Source of the DNA: Basidiobolus ranarum | Taxonomy: Eukaryota | DNA length: 64,000 nt | Direction: 5' to 3' | NCBI GenBank assembly: GCA_040143965.1 | Contig: JASJQH010000003.1 | Span: 1-64,000 of the forward strand | In this document: positions 49,248-62,190 of the stretch, piece by piece | Layout: each line of letters starts with the position of its first letter | Numbering within the stretch: position 1 is the stretch's first letter | Made by a program: the position numbers and the translations under genes | The notes under the pieces: model-generated | Told to the model about the DNA's origin: nothing | The model's input: only the letters and a program-made list of their open reading frames with translations | Database searches by the model: none

Positions 49248-51194
49248 TCATTTGACTTCGGGTAAGATCGGAGTTTCCGTAGAGTCCAATGAGGAGTGTG
49301 GACTCTCAGATGTACACTTGTAGTCATCTTCCTCGGAGATTCTATTCGGCACTCGAATCTCCGGTTCATTTGGAATCATTCCATTCGATTGAAGCTGCTC
49401 TCGTAGCATGACAATATATTTATCGCGCTCCTTAACTTGCATTTCCAACCTAAGAATATGATCATATGCTAATGAATGATACATTAGTAACAGACACTGG
49501 AGAAAGGAGCTTGAGAAAAATTAACTACTCACATTTCTTCAGTAAGTAGGCCTTGCTAGGAGCTTTCTCGTCGATTTCTGGGATAACATTCTTGAGATTT
49601 TCAAAGCATTGCTTTAGTGAATCCCGTCGTTTTTGTTCAGCTGCTTTATGACTGGTTCGACGTAATTCAATGCCCGAATGAACGTCAGTACTGTACTTTA
49701 ATCCTAATGAACTGTTGAAAGGTCGAGGTTAATCATTGAGAGATCATGGAATATCCTGAGCTTACTTACGCCGTATTTCCTTCAAGGATATTTTGGTAAT
49801 TTGACTTGGAAGCCAGCTTCATGGCAACATCATTGGCTCCACCTAACAGTATTGAATAAGTATACACGCAAATAGATATGGATGAGCTTCCTATGCAAGA
49901 ACTTACCCCCGGGTAGAAGCGACTTGAGATTGGGACTTATCAATGGCTTGAGTCCGGGTGATTTAAATGTGCTAGACAGGGCTGGGGAGGCAGGAATAGC
50001 AGTGATAGTAGGAGACATCATAAGCGAAGGTCCCAATGATGGCGAAGTGAGTGGCAGTTGAATGGATAAGGGCCTGTGTGGAAAGTTCCCTCCAAGAGAT
50101 TCTTTTTGAGGGCCTTTGTTCTCATCAAGTTTCATTATGGATGCAGGTGTAATAGGAGAAACTATAGACTCTTCTAGTTAACGAATAGGAAATGGGTTAG
50201 ACTAGTGTTTTTTTCCTTTAAATCAAGATAATCTATTATATACTTGAAGTTTCTGAGATAGTGGTGGTCGATGTACTCAATGACGATGGAATCGTAGATA
50301 GACGACGCTCTGGGTAAGGTTTCTTTCTCTGAGAAACTGTTCGTGATGTGGTCAGTTTGGTTTTGGATGGATTTGATCTGTCAGTGCTTCGGGTATCTTC
50401 CCTGACAGTCAATAGTGACTTGGAACGAGGTGGAGTTGGTTGAGCCATAGATTGTATCAGAGAACCACCCAGACTCAAGTTCGGAATACCACTGTAGGAG
50501 CGAGATTTCTTAGCTTGACTAGGTCCAAGTGCAGGAGAAGTGAGTGGTGAGAACACTTCTGAGCCAAAGGAAGCAGAGAGAGAATTGGAATAGGGTTGAG
50601 AGGGAGTCATAGCAGGTGAGACCAGTGGAGTAAACAATATCTAATGGCAAGGGGTGTGAGTTATTAATGTATAGCTCAAAACTAAAAAGAAATACTTTTC
50701 AATACCTCTTCTCCATCCAAACCCTCCTCAACAACAGCCCCACTATGGTCGAAGAAGGCGAAAGGAGACATAAACGCGCAATCATTACTTCCTGTGAGCT
50801 GGCCCGAGCTAGACGGGGTTGGTAGTTGTGAATTATGATTGTTCTGGTGATTCGAATTGAACTGAGGACTTGGCATGTAGTTGGTGTTAAGAGCAGTGGA
50901 AAATGTCAAAGGGGTATTATGAAAGTTTTGCTCTGCTCGGTATTCCTCATTGTCTAAAAAATTACCGGACGAATTGGCTGTGGAGTGTTGGTTTGTATGT
51001 GAATATTGAAATTGCTCGTCAGAATGTTGAGTATTTGGTGTTTCATTATGTAAAAACTCGGCAGGTTTGGGGTCATTGTTATCGAAAGGAATTTGAGACA
51101 AGAGGTTGATATCAGTGTTGTCGAGGCTGAACTCATTTATGAGATTCAGGTCGAATTCAGGAAAATCATACGGTGTATGTAAAGAAGAATCCAT
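49248..51194 (-). CDS. bHLH transcription factor, Pho4/NUC-1/PalcA-like
   Basis: SP-rich region (FTPLVSPAMTP, FSPLTSPAL), LASKSNYQNILEG motif and basic region ELRRTSHKAAEQKRRDSLK. Confidence 0.82.
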
Positions 51195-51894
51195 AAAATT
51201 CAGCTTCTCCACTTCAAGTGCTGTTTGAATGATAAAGTGAAAAGCAAAAATACATCCCAAAAGGGTTTGAAATCACACTTTAACTTTTATTTTACTATTG
51301 GTGTACAGAACTCATGACCAATTCCGAATTCTTCATTGGTTCTTCGAAAGGATAATAAAATAATCCTCGGTGATTTAAGGATCTTAATTCTGGAGTTCAA
51401 GATGATTTATACAATAAACCTTATCTTCGTGTTCGTGATATTTAAGTCTGATCCGTCTTCTAGAATACGCAGATCCAAGATCATATTTGAAGGGGGGCCA
51501 CTACGAAACAGAACACTCAGTGGATTATCACCTCTTTGCTAGCCAATAAGTATCTAACCCTTCACCTATCGATGGCCTCTTCGATTTTCATTCCTCCGTT
51601 CATGCTAAAATATTCACTGACCATTGGCTATAGCGTTATCCATCCAACAGATGACAACCATTTGCAAAGAGAAACGTTCGCTTTGTTAAATTGGCGAAGT
51701 ACTGTATTTTATATAGAAAACTATCGGAATCTATCCGGTGGAATATAGATGGAATCGCGTTACACCATAATTGTGATTCTAGTTGATATAGTGATAGGGT
51801 ATATAAATAAATAGTTCAATCAATTCAGCGACTAAATATATACATTAAGGATTAACAACTTCATTATAGAATCTATGGAGCACGAGAATGAACT

Positions 51895-54870
51895 TTAGTT
51901 AGGGTTTTGTGATGGCATTTCTGGAATGGCATGTACGCTATGTAGTAATGACGGTGCAGTCCATATGGAGACATTAATTTTTCTGTTATTATCGCTTACG
52001 GACGAACCTTCAGTGGTAGCTGGTTGACCAGACTTCTCTAAAGAATACGTCTCTTTGTCAGCAATTCCGAGAATGTCGTGAGGCAGCCAAACCACCGGTA
52101 CTGGTTCGCGTAAAGCGGGATGGAGAAACGACGAGCCAGGTCCTTGGTTATAAATAGGTGGTAATTTAGCCTTAAGTTTAGATCTACGAGTGCTGGAGCC
52201 CAACGTCGAATAGCCAGAGCTTGCATAGACATTAGCATGGTTCTCGAACGCAACTGAATGATGTGATTTCTCAGATAGGTGGTTTCTAGTTAAATGCTGC
52301 ATATTTATCAAGGAGGAATCCGAGTACACGCTCATATCATTAGGAGAGTCGGTACATGCTCCTTGATCTTTTTGCTCCTCCATGAGTCCAATAATAGAAG
52401 GATCCTCGACAACGCTGATGGGCAAATATTCGATCAATGGTCCAAATCCACGCATACCATACATTTGCGCTATTACGGTGATCAAGGCTAAAATGAGCTG
52501 CAGGATAAATTGAGGGTAAGCTTCCTTTAAACCTACTACTCCAGCCATGGTCAAATGATAGATGTACAGTCCAGTAAACATATGATTGACAGCTCTAGGG
52601 TATAGTAAACCTCCTGATTGAAATTTGCTAGAGTCATAAACGTATTGGAACTGATGATGGTACACAAAATAAAAGATCAAAAAGTAGGCAGTGACGAAGA
52701 TTAAGAGCAGTGGGGCCATGGTGGAGTAGACAATTCCTGAGGGAGTAGCAAGTATTAGTCATTAGTAGTTGGAATTTTTCAACAATCGCTTACTTACCGA
52801 TGACAAACACCAAAGTATGTTGCGGGAAGAAGGTACCCCATTGAATACAAGGCATGGCTTTTAGTCTGATCAATTTACGGGGTGTTTTGGGAAGCAGGAA
52901 TGTCAATACAAATCGTAACACAAATGGTACTGCTTGTAGAAGTTCTTTTGCTCCCCCGGATATTCCATTCAGCATTACGTAGGTCATGAAAAATGTAGAA
53001 GCTGAAGGTAGACTTTCTGCCAAACGCTTAACAATACTACTGGGATTGTTTATCATATTGTGGAGCACTTTGAATATACCGCTGGCAAGGGTTGTGACTA
53101 ACAAAACATTGACAATCTGCATGTAATTGTGAGTTCATAATCCTTATCAAGTTCAAAACAATGAACTTACCAAAAAGAAGAAGTATTTGTTCATCACGGA
53201 TATCTGTATGTCACTATCACGTACCAGTCCTTCGTACCGAGACAGTACTACGAATAAAATAAGTATCCCAGGTCAAATGTCTAATCTGAATAGAACAACT
53301 TACATGCAAGAATAATGGGAAGCAAGCTCATCAAAATAGTCATCCCCAGAGAAGGCAAGACACCCGTAATGATTCCCTTAATAGTGACATTCCAACTCAA
53401 TATAGGTTTTAGCGGTGGGATCAATCTTGATAACTCCTCGATATTAAACAATGCAGACATAAAAGTAACTAAGGGAAAAGACACTTAATATAAACACGCA
53501 CGATCATGATTTTCGCCATTGAACTTACCAGGGAAAAACCACAAAATTACCAGGCCAGCTGCCAAGGCCACCGCGATAGATTTACGAATATACTTTTCGA
53601 GTGAAAACATATTAAGGTTCTCCCAAATTACTTCGTCGGGATCTACTTCAAGATAGCGGCCTTCCATAACCAATGGCTTATGATGAGCTAAAGCTTGTAC
53701 AGCTAAATGTGCAGCGATTTGTGAATGGAAGGTGATAAACGCAGAGGCTTTAAGTGGGAATTTTGAAGGGTCCTTTTGTTGTTCAAGAATCGTCGCATTC
53801 AACTGGGCCAATTCTTGTTTGTAGTAATCAATAGAGTCAATCTTAGGTCCTTTGAATGGAATCCAACCAAGGCGGTGAGTTGGTCGCTTGGGTGTTTTTG
53901 TTGGATCCTTCAAAGAAGCCATGATAAAGTTTGACTGTGCCTGCTCAAGTTTTTCCAAAATAGTTTGTCGTTGTGCAACATCATTTTGTAGCTTTGTCGC
54001 ATCTCTGAAACACAGTTGATTAAATTCCAACCGCAAAAAAAGTGAAAAAAATTGAGGTATCTTACCTATTTATGTATACATGCTTAACACCTCCAGGGTA
54101 AAGAGAAAATACGTTGGTCAACTTTTCTACATTATTCAACTCATCCGGAATCCCGGTAACTAGAATAGTGGATGCTACTGGATCCTTTTGATGTTCAGAG
54201 CTCATCAAGTACCGCTGACGGAGCTTTATATATATACTAGTTTCTCTATTAATGAAATAGAGCACAAGTCCTATTGAAAATAGTCATGTGAATAGTCTGT
54301 TTTTAAAAAATGTAGAGAAATTGTTGAAACTGTAAAATTACCAGTGAATATATAGTCGAAAATAACGTGTGTCCAGAAGCTTCCTTTTTTTTTGGCTGGG
54401 TTTATATTACCAATATTAAAACGATTGAGGCCAGTTGCAGTACCTTCACCAGTGTAGTTTACGGGTAAAATAATCACTATTGACAATACCGTCATAATAG
54501 AGAACAAGACGAGGCACAATCGCATAAAGCGGAGGAAAACGTATGAATCAAAACCTATTCGCTTCAACAGTGTTTTATCACGAGTTTTGTACACATCCAC
54601 TAACCATGCTATAGGGCTTTTGGGTAGTTTTGGTGGACGTTTTCTTAAGGATAGATAGAACGTTAGAACTGAATGGAAACATGGTTGAGGTTTAACTTAC
54701 TCTTTTTCCACCATATAGGTTCGAGGCTCGTAAATACTATCATCCAATCGATGTACAATAACATAGGCTACATAGAATCCTCCAGCAACGGCTAAATTAA
54801 ATAGCAGAGAGGTTACGAAGGGCGCAACATACCCATTCTTAAACTGTTCACTCTGCTGGTCGTCTGCCAT
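51895..54870 (-). CDS. CSC1/OSCA/TMEM63 (Rsn1/Phm7) family channel
   Basis: YEPRT, IGFDSYVFLRF, SAFITFHSQIAAH, PDEVIWENL, LPSASTFFMTY and SGGLLYPRA, with multiple TM segments. Confidence 0.93.
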
Positions 54871-55303
54871 TGCGAATGTTTCCAGAGTTTACGTGCCTGG
54901 GAATGTGCCAATATATATATGAATTTTCACGATCTCGACTACAGTTTTCAAATTTTCTCGAAACCAGTTGCCGTGAAACGCCCAACTGTAATAGTTTCGG
55001 TGTATATATATATATGATGACATTCTAAATACGTATTGTCAATCCTTAATTTGTAAGATATATATTGAAAAAGGTTAGCGCTACAGATCCGCCTCTACAA
55101 ATGAGATTTCTAAAATAAACCTATCTCGGTATTTTCTTTTCACATCGGAGGATAGAATTCTATAATGTCTTCCAGTGGCCTTTTTGTAATATCAGAATTC
55201 GAGTTCCCAGATAAACTTTATCTTGTTCTTTTATGTATGACAAGTAATATCAACCCCAACAATCAAGTTACTTTAAACAATTAGTTTATTCATTTGCTGA
55301 TCC

Positions 55304-56880
55304 TTATTTTGCTAGACGTTTCGTCCACCACTCTTCAAAGTCTACATGAGTGGTGTCGATGCCAATGGATTCGAGTCGTCTATTGGACAGGTGAGAGTCT
55401 ACGGGGCGATCAGCTGAAATAGTAACTATTCGTAAATAAAGCTAACATTTACAGAGTAAGTAAAGATCGACTTACCAACTGCGGTCACGGGGGCAGTGGC
55501 TTGAGGGATCAAGTGGTCATACGACAACCCGAGGATCTTGGCCATAATAACTGGTTGGAAAGTAACGTTAAGAACTGTTGCATGAGGGATTTCTCTAAGG
55601 ACTTCAACTTACCACACATCTTATATTTGGTCAATTTCTGAGCCGCACTGTAGTGATATACTCCTTCGATTTGTTCGTGCTGAACAACACGTTTGACTGC
55701 AAGAAGATTACCTGGTGAGAACTTTGCGCTTTACTCATCATTAAATAATAAACTTTACCACATAGGTCTTTCAGGACTCGGGCTATGTCCTCGACTATAT
55801 TTCCATTAAAGTAAATACAACTATCATAACAAGAGCTTAAGGTTAGGGCTAGTTAGCTTACCATTGGTAGGGTAACGAACTGCAAAGTCATCCATATTTG
55901 TTTTCTTTTCAGTATTCTGTTTAAAAATATCCTTTTGTTAGCATCATTCTCTGAAAGTTTGATTTGCGATTGTTTACTACCAGAACGGCATCTAACAGCG
56001 TATTGACAGCAGATTCTCCGTTGTATTCGGTGTTACCATATCTGTGGATCATTAACATACACGAAATAACCATGCCAAATTTGATGTGGAGTAGTGCTTA
56101 CAATATAGGAACACGAAGGATTGCTGCGTGTGGATTAGTTCTTTGAATTGCTAATTCTCCTTCATATTTACTTTGGCCTTAAGGGTAAGTGTTATTAAAG
56201 ACTCGTGGTAAATTTAAGGAGTAAATTAGGAGTACCGTAGAACTGAAGAGGGTTGGGACTATCGTCAACATCATATGGTGGGTTGTTCCCATCAAACACG
56301 TAATCTGTAGAAATATAGATCAAAAAGGCACCAATTCTGCTACACACTTCACCAAGTAGAGCGGGGGTTTGTTGGTTCAACTTGAATAGAAACTAAGTAA
56401 AGGCAATAAAACGTTTAATAATTTGAATGTTCGTTACTTTGATGGTTCCATCACGATCCTTTTCTGCCACATCAGGACGTCTCTCGGCAGCACAGTGAAT
56501 GACAGCTTTTATACTTTTAGTAAGAATCAAGGCAAGAGATAATTCAAGTGGTCAGATACCTTCGGGTTTCAACTCTTCCAAAAAAAGAACAGTGGCTTCA
56601 GTATCCAGTAAATCAAGCTACGAGAAATAACCAGGTAGAGGTGAGGAGGCGTTCATGCAATGTCATTGTACTGTAAGACAGAACTTGATTGTTACTTACC
56701 TTGACTAAGCCTTCACCAAGTCTACTTTTTGCGGTACCAATCACTGTTTAAATTTGAGTTACATATATAATATTGGGAGAGATACTGAATGCGCTACTAA
56801 CCTTCGTGACCAGAGTTTTTCAAAGTCTGACAGACAGCTCTACCAAGAAGTCCTGAACCACCAGTTACCAAAACTTTCAT
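55304..56880 (-). CDS. RmlD-like NAD(P)-binding protein (methionine adenosyltransferase II beta subunit-like), multi-exon
   Basis: MKVLVTGGSGLLGRAV, VIHCAAERRPDV, YISTDYVFDG, ILRVPILYG and RPVDSHLS. Confidence 0.88.
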
Positions 56881-57277
56881 TGTATTTGTCGAATAATGTG
56901 CAGTTTCAAAGGAGCAGCTATTTAATGAAATTTTTGATGAACCTTGGTTGAATGCTTGACCCTAGAAATCAGATAATGACGTTGTTAAATTATATCTCTA
57001 TAATCTTGGAAGAAATATGACCAATATTTATCGATGGCTTGGTTGATCTACCACTACCTATGATGAATGGTTATCTAGGATTGACCCATAAGTCCATATA
57101 TACTCCACACTCAACCCAGAACCATAATCAACCCATATTACAGTAAATGAAACTATCTCACAAATTCAGAAGAGCAGGTTGATATAGGGTATACCATGAT
57201 ACATATATAGAAATCTCAATTCCCGAGTAATCCACTCACCAGGCCCAGCTTGAGCCATGAAATCGATTATTATTGTT

Positions 57278-57300
57278 ACACACACACACACACACACACA
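57278..57300. repeat. (CA)n microsatellite
   Basis: About 11 AC units. Confidence 0.95.
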
Positions 57301-57615
57301 TCTTACCCTACCCTCACACTTACCAGCTTTTTCAGATTGTTTGTCCCTCGTTATAAACGCTAAATGAATGACACCTTTGTTATACAGAATAGATGTATTG
57401 TCGAATGGTTATTCACAACTGCTACATCACTAGAATTCAAGATGGACAAGAAAGGCTGAAGGATTGCCGGTCAAGGCCCTTGGGAAAATCAGATATCTCG
57501 AGTATTAGCATCACCACTATGCTTTATTAATTATCAAGAAATGATTGGAACAACTTCTCCAATCTTCATGGTGACTTTGAGATCAAGATATGAAAGTAAT
57601 TGGCATTCATAGTGA

Positions 57616-58068
57616 TTATAAAGTCCCGGTTGTAGGGCAGAAGGTATAGTTACCGTTGGGGTCTGGTGTCAGCTTAAAATCGGGTGTCTTGGCGATGCAA
57701 TCCCCATCATTGCCAGGAGTACTAGAAACCACTTCAAGATAATACTCACCTTCTCTTTGTAGACACAATGGTACAGAGAGGGTAAAGGATAGCTTTCCAG
57801 TGGTGGCATCTTCTCCAGGATATCTACGATACTGGGTATGGAGAGATCTATTGGACTTGGAGCTGGATATACTGATTTCTCGGATGTACTTCACTCGTGA
57901 ACTACCTACATTCCACTTGAGGGTGACCTTATCATTGGCAGCGAATGTTGACTTGTTACCGGTGGCATGAGTAAGAGGAGCTACTGACCAGTCACCACAC
58001 TTATTGAGCGGAGCGGCGGAGACTAATGAGGCTACAGCGATTAAGGAAAGAGTAATGAATGTTCTCAT
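57616..58068 (-). CDS. Small secreted protein with 4 Cys and a probable beta-sandwich fold, intronless
   Basis: MRTFITLSLIAVASLVSA signal peptide and beta-rich VTLKWN..LSFTLSVP..YYLEV. TATA (tatataa) about 45 nt upstream. Confidence 0.78.
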   Translation of the reverse strand: MRTFITLSLIAVASLVSAAPLNKCGDWSVAPLTHATGNKSTFAANDKVTLKWNVGSSRVKYIREISISSSKSNRSLHTQYRRYPGEDATTGKLSFTLSVPLCLQREGEYYLEVVSSTPGNDGDCIAKTPDFKLTPDPNGNYTFCPTTGTL

Positions 58069-58941
58069 ATTTCTACAATGGATAGATATCGACAACCTTA
58101 GAAGACTGACCTCTTATATAAACATCAATGAGTTTTCTATTTTTAGTATTGGAGAAAGCATCAACGCCAGAATGGTTCACAGAAAGTTTCTGAGATGTTA
58201 TACAGGACGTCCTACAATTTGGCACATATGTTAAATGTATAGCAAGATGTTATATCTATCATAGTTCACAACCGACCATCAATTGCTAAATTAATCCATT
58301 TTAATTTTTTGATTGCTACACATACAGACGCCTTCATGGTTACCGCTTAAAAGTAGTATCTTATAGCAACATATGGTCGCTTTTACATGTATATACATAG
58401 GTTTTACCATTGTGAATGGGTTCTGTAGGTAGTAGTGAGAGTCTCATTAGACCAACTGTTCCACATCCTAAATGCCAATATATATTATTAATAGAGAACC
58501 CTTGCGTGATACATCGTGCTTTTTTTTTACTTTCAATGGTTTTCAGATGCAGAATCCAGAGAGTTTTGCAGAAGAAACATCATGTTGGAAAAATTCATAG
58601 TTTTGTTATACCTGCGGCAGATGCTCAGCGCACAGATACTATCGCGCAACATCTGATGGCAATATTTCAAAGGATTTATACTTCCCAGGAAGGAATACTG
58701 GATACAAGTAAAACAACTGCTGAGAGTACTAGTTGAAATTAGTCAGTTTGTTAGTTAATTTAACTTCAATGAACACGTGAAGTAAATCCTAGTAAGTATC
58801 TATACTGAAGTAATATTCCTGAAATCAAGTTCTTTCTCTTAACATGCGTGTGAACATTGGAATATACTACTTTATTGTAAGCTATTGAATGATACAACAG
58901 TCGGTCACTTCATTTAGGAATTACGACTAACGTATCAGGGA

Positions 58942-59820
58942 TTAATAGTGTTTACCACTGGAGACATATCTGATCTTATAGGAACGGTGACCAAATTTAC
59001 GGTGCTTCTTGAATGGTCTCGTAGGGTGGTGCATGCCCCAGTATGGAGAGATAACTTGGGGTGCTTCTTGATGAACAAACGGGTACATAGTTTGTTTGAG
59101 TACGCCAGATTGATCAAATTGATTCGACTTGGAAAGAGCGTGACTTTTCTGAGATGAATGAGCATTGACTCTATCCAACAACGCATGGCTGGGCTGTTCT
59201 TCAGTATACTCCATCATCGGCATTTCCATTGTTCGATCCTTGGTAGAATCATCCGACATCTTAGAGGCTTGATGATCCATTGGTTGCATAAAAGAAGTTT
59301 CTGTTTGCTCGGTCATTGGCATGTCCATTGTTCCTCTGTCGGTGGACTCTTTGTACATCTCAGAAGAATGATCGGCCATGGGTTTCATTGCGAAAGTGGA
59401 GTATTCACCTGGCATCATCATAGTATCTTGGAACCCTTCGGCGATGTGGCCCATACCTGATCCCATCGGTTCTTCCATGCCCACCTGTTTTCCATATGCC
59501 GACGAAGTATGCTCTCCTTCGACTAGTGCACTAGGACCCGTCTGATACTTGACATTTATATTCTTCTTGCTTGAAGCCATGGCAGTGTTCAAATTGTTAT
59601 GGTTTCTGGTGACAGTGCTAAATGATTGCTTCATTTCTGGGAATCGAATGCTCTTTTTTACAGTCCACATTGGCATAATGCGCGGTTGCATACGGTGAGC
59701 ACATAGACCAAACTGTAGAGTGCAAGGTTGACCTCCGTAGTTGAAGTACTCAACTGGGACGGATGAAACAGTGCATACTAAGATTGCAATGGTAGCGAGA
59801 AGGTTTCTTGCGGCAAGCAT
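58942..59820 (-). CDS. Secreted Met-rich low-complexity protein, intronless. It lies on the minus strand; the ORF track lists it as +
   Basis: The plus strand at 59812-59820 reads ggcaagcat, which is ATGCTTGCC on the minus strand. Stop TAA is tta at 58942-58944. Signal peptide MLAARNLLATIAILVCTVSS. Confidence 0.8.
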   Translation of the reverse strand: MLAARNLLATIAILVCTVSSVPVEYFNYGGQPCTLQFGLCAHRMQPRIMPMWTVKKSIRFPEMKQSFSTVTRNHNNLNTAMASSKKNINVKYQTGPSALVEGEHTSSAYGKQVGMEEPMGSGMGHIAEGFQDTMMMPGEYSTFAMKPMADHSSEMYKESTDRGTMDMPMTEQTETSFMQPMDHQASKMSDDSTKDRTMEMPMMEYTEEQPSHALLDRVNAHSSQKSHALSKSNQFDQSGVLKQTMYPFVHQEAPQVISPYWGMHHPTRPFKKHRKFGHRSYKIRYVSSGKHY

Positions 59821-60495
59821 AGTTGACAGGTTGACTTTATGTTTATTTGATAGTTGACTGTACTCAGGAAGATACGTTACAAAGGCAGTCTCTTGGTTCT
59901 ATTTAAATGATAACCAGAGCATACATTGAGAATATTGTAAGCTTTATCTCCTTTATCATGCTTTAACTTCATACACCACCTCACATCATTAGATATGAAT
60001 TATTGATATTTTAATATTCGATTGAATTTGGAGAATGTACCAGCTCATCTATTGGGTGTTAGACATAACAATTTGTTTGGCTTCTTTTAAATCATTATCT
60101 ACTCACTTAATATTCTAGCAGTTACTACGTTAAGGGATTACTCCTGAGTGCTAATATTACAAGACTCTAGTCAAAGAAGATATTAAACCTTCTGATATGA
60201 TACTTTTTGCAAAGAGTAGCGTTAAAATAGGGTTGATTTACAACCAACAACTTCCCCCATTTTAATCGATCTTACATTCATAGAGTAAATGAAGGTTCCT
60301 GTGGATTGCTTCATCTCACGCAATTGTATGTTTAACTACTGATATTAAATTTTTAATATCTATATTTCCAAACCCTGACCCTAACCATATTCGAATGAAT
60401 ATTCCAGTTACCAATGAATATCAAACATAGTATTTACAAAATTCTAAGCAACAAGATAGTAAGTAGACTCATCACATAATAGTGTCAGGTTTTCA

Positions 60496-60954
60496 GTCTC
60501 ATTGATTTCTATTAGGTATAAAGTGCTTGAATCAACTCACGGAATGCTGACAAAGCTAGAACGAAGGTACACTCTGAGTGCATGATCAATAGTTGATTGA
60601 GTGAATTTCTCAGGGGAGTAATGCTAGGCATAATCTATATATTATACTAACTGTGGGCAACGTGATAGTAAATGGACTCATATCACGTAGTTGTGTCTAG
60701 TTTCCGGTTTCATTGATTTCTATCAGGTGTAAAGTGTTCGAATCGACCAACAGAATGCTGACAAGGCTAGGACGAAGATCTAGTACATACGACTACATGA
60801 TCAATAGTTAAACTATTGCTAATTGAGTGAATTTATCAGGGAAGGAGTGCCAGGCATAATCTACATTCTTATACTAAATGTATACCGGAGGAGACTCTGT
60901 TACTACTAGTGCTTTATACATTCAAGTACCAGCAATAGTCATTGATTTTCTATT
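60496..60954. repeat. Degenerate direct repeat of about 155-170 bp (60496-60650, 60707-60877) plus a short third start near 60938
   Basis: Shared blocks cattgatttctat, aaagtg, gaatgctgacaa.gctag.acgaag, catgatcaatagtt, attgagtgaattt, aggcataatcta and ttatactaa. Confidence 0.8.
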
Positions 60955-62190
60955 CCTAATTAATTTTATTTTCATATTCTATTGAAGCCATACCATGAAT
61001 CTTATAGGTGATAAAAAGGCCCTATGTTGTCGATCGAAATAAATCCATTTTAGAACCAATAAAAGTAGCTTATTACGGTTTGTATACTAATTTTGACCTC
61101 GCTTACTTATCTATTCTATACTTTCCACTTGGTCAATAAGGGAGTTCCATTGAACATATGTACATGAGAAGTGAATAGTTATTCTATCACGAATGAAAAT
61201 GTTACACGATAACAGTTTGCAACCTAAATAATCGAATGTAAATTGCTTACTTTTGGCAGCACCTATTCCGAATGAGAGTGAAACATTACTATAGAAAGTC
61301 TAACCTGATTAGGATAGAGATCACTATAATGAAACACATACCAGATAAATATTCTCTCCAAATTAATCAGAAACTGTAAATTACACCTCTACTCTACAGC
61401 ATCATTGTGCCGAAATGTTGCGCCCCAAGATTTACAATAGATATATGTTACTCCTGTCTGTGTCTCATCTAAATTATTTATTACCAGGTTTTCTCCAATT
61501 ACGAATGCTGACACTATCAACGAAATAAATTCCAATCCATACTGTCAAGCATCTGGTAAGCTTCATGTATGCAATCATATTTTATCCAAGACATGAAATA
61601 GAACAGCTGTTCTATATTCTACCATAGCCATTCATCTTTATATAAACAATGATAAAACAAAACATAACATTGGGGTTAGATGGACTTGTGTACTCCATAA
61701 ACTTAAAGACTGCACAGCTTATCTTGCCATTTTCCAAAGGATTCCCAGAGTGGATCAAAGCGTCATTGCCTATGAATCGACTGGTGATTGGGTAGAGTAT
61801 TTCGATAGCACCTTTCTGGCTTTGAATGTCTACAGTATTTACATGATCCACCACGAAACCACGGTAAGAGCCCTCAGGATACAACTCCAACATCCAGTCA
61901 TTATTTGTGCTAACTGCTTTAGATGGAATATGGTTTCACATTACATCCAACATGAATTACATTATCACTTATGCATAGATTTATCGCAAATTATTTGCCT
62001 CAGGCAACTCAGCTGAAATCATCCTACACTCTATATTCTGGGAAATGGTATGTACAAAATTGGAGTTGCTTATAGAATATCTATTACTTATATATGTGGT
62101 ACTGGTTGGCAATGCAAAATAAGTCTTTATTGTTGACAAAAACTAATAGCAAGGTAAGAACACTTCAAGCAAAGGACTAAATTGAGAATG

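Noticed and set aside
58942-59820. ORF track assignment of the 292-aa protein to the + strand
   Set aside because: The plus strand begins tta at 58942 and ends cat at 59820. The listed protein is the reverse-complement translation, so the gene is on the minus strand.
61612-61893. 93-aa minus-strand ORF with a faint resemblance to the Cu/Zn-SOD C-terminus
   Set aside because: No metal-ligand pattern or complete gene structure. Too weak to call without a profile search.
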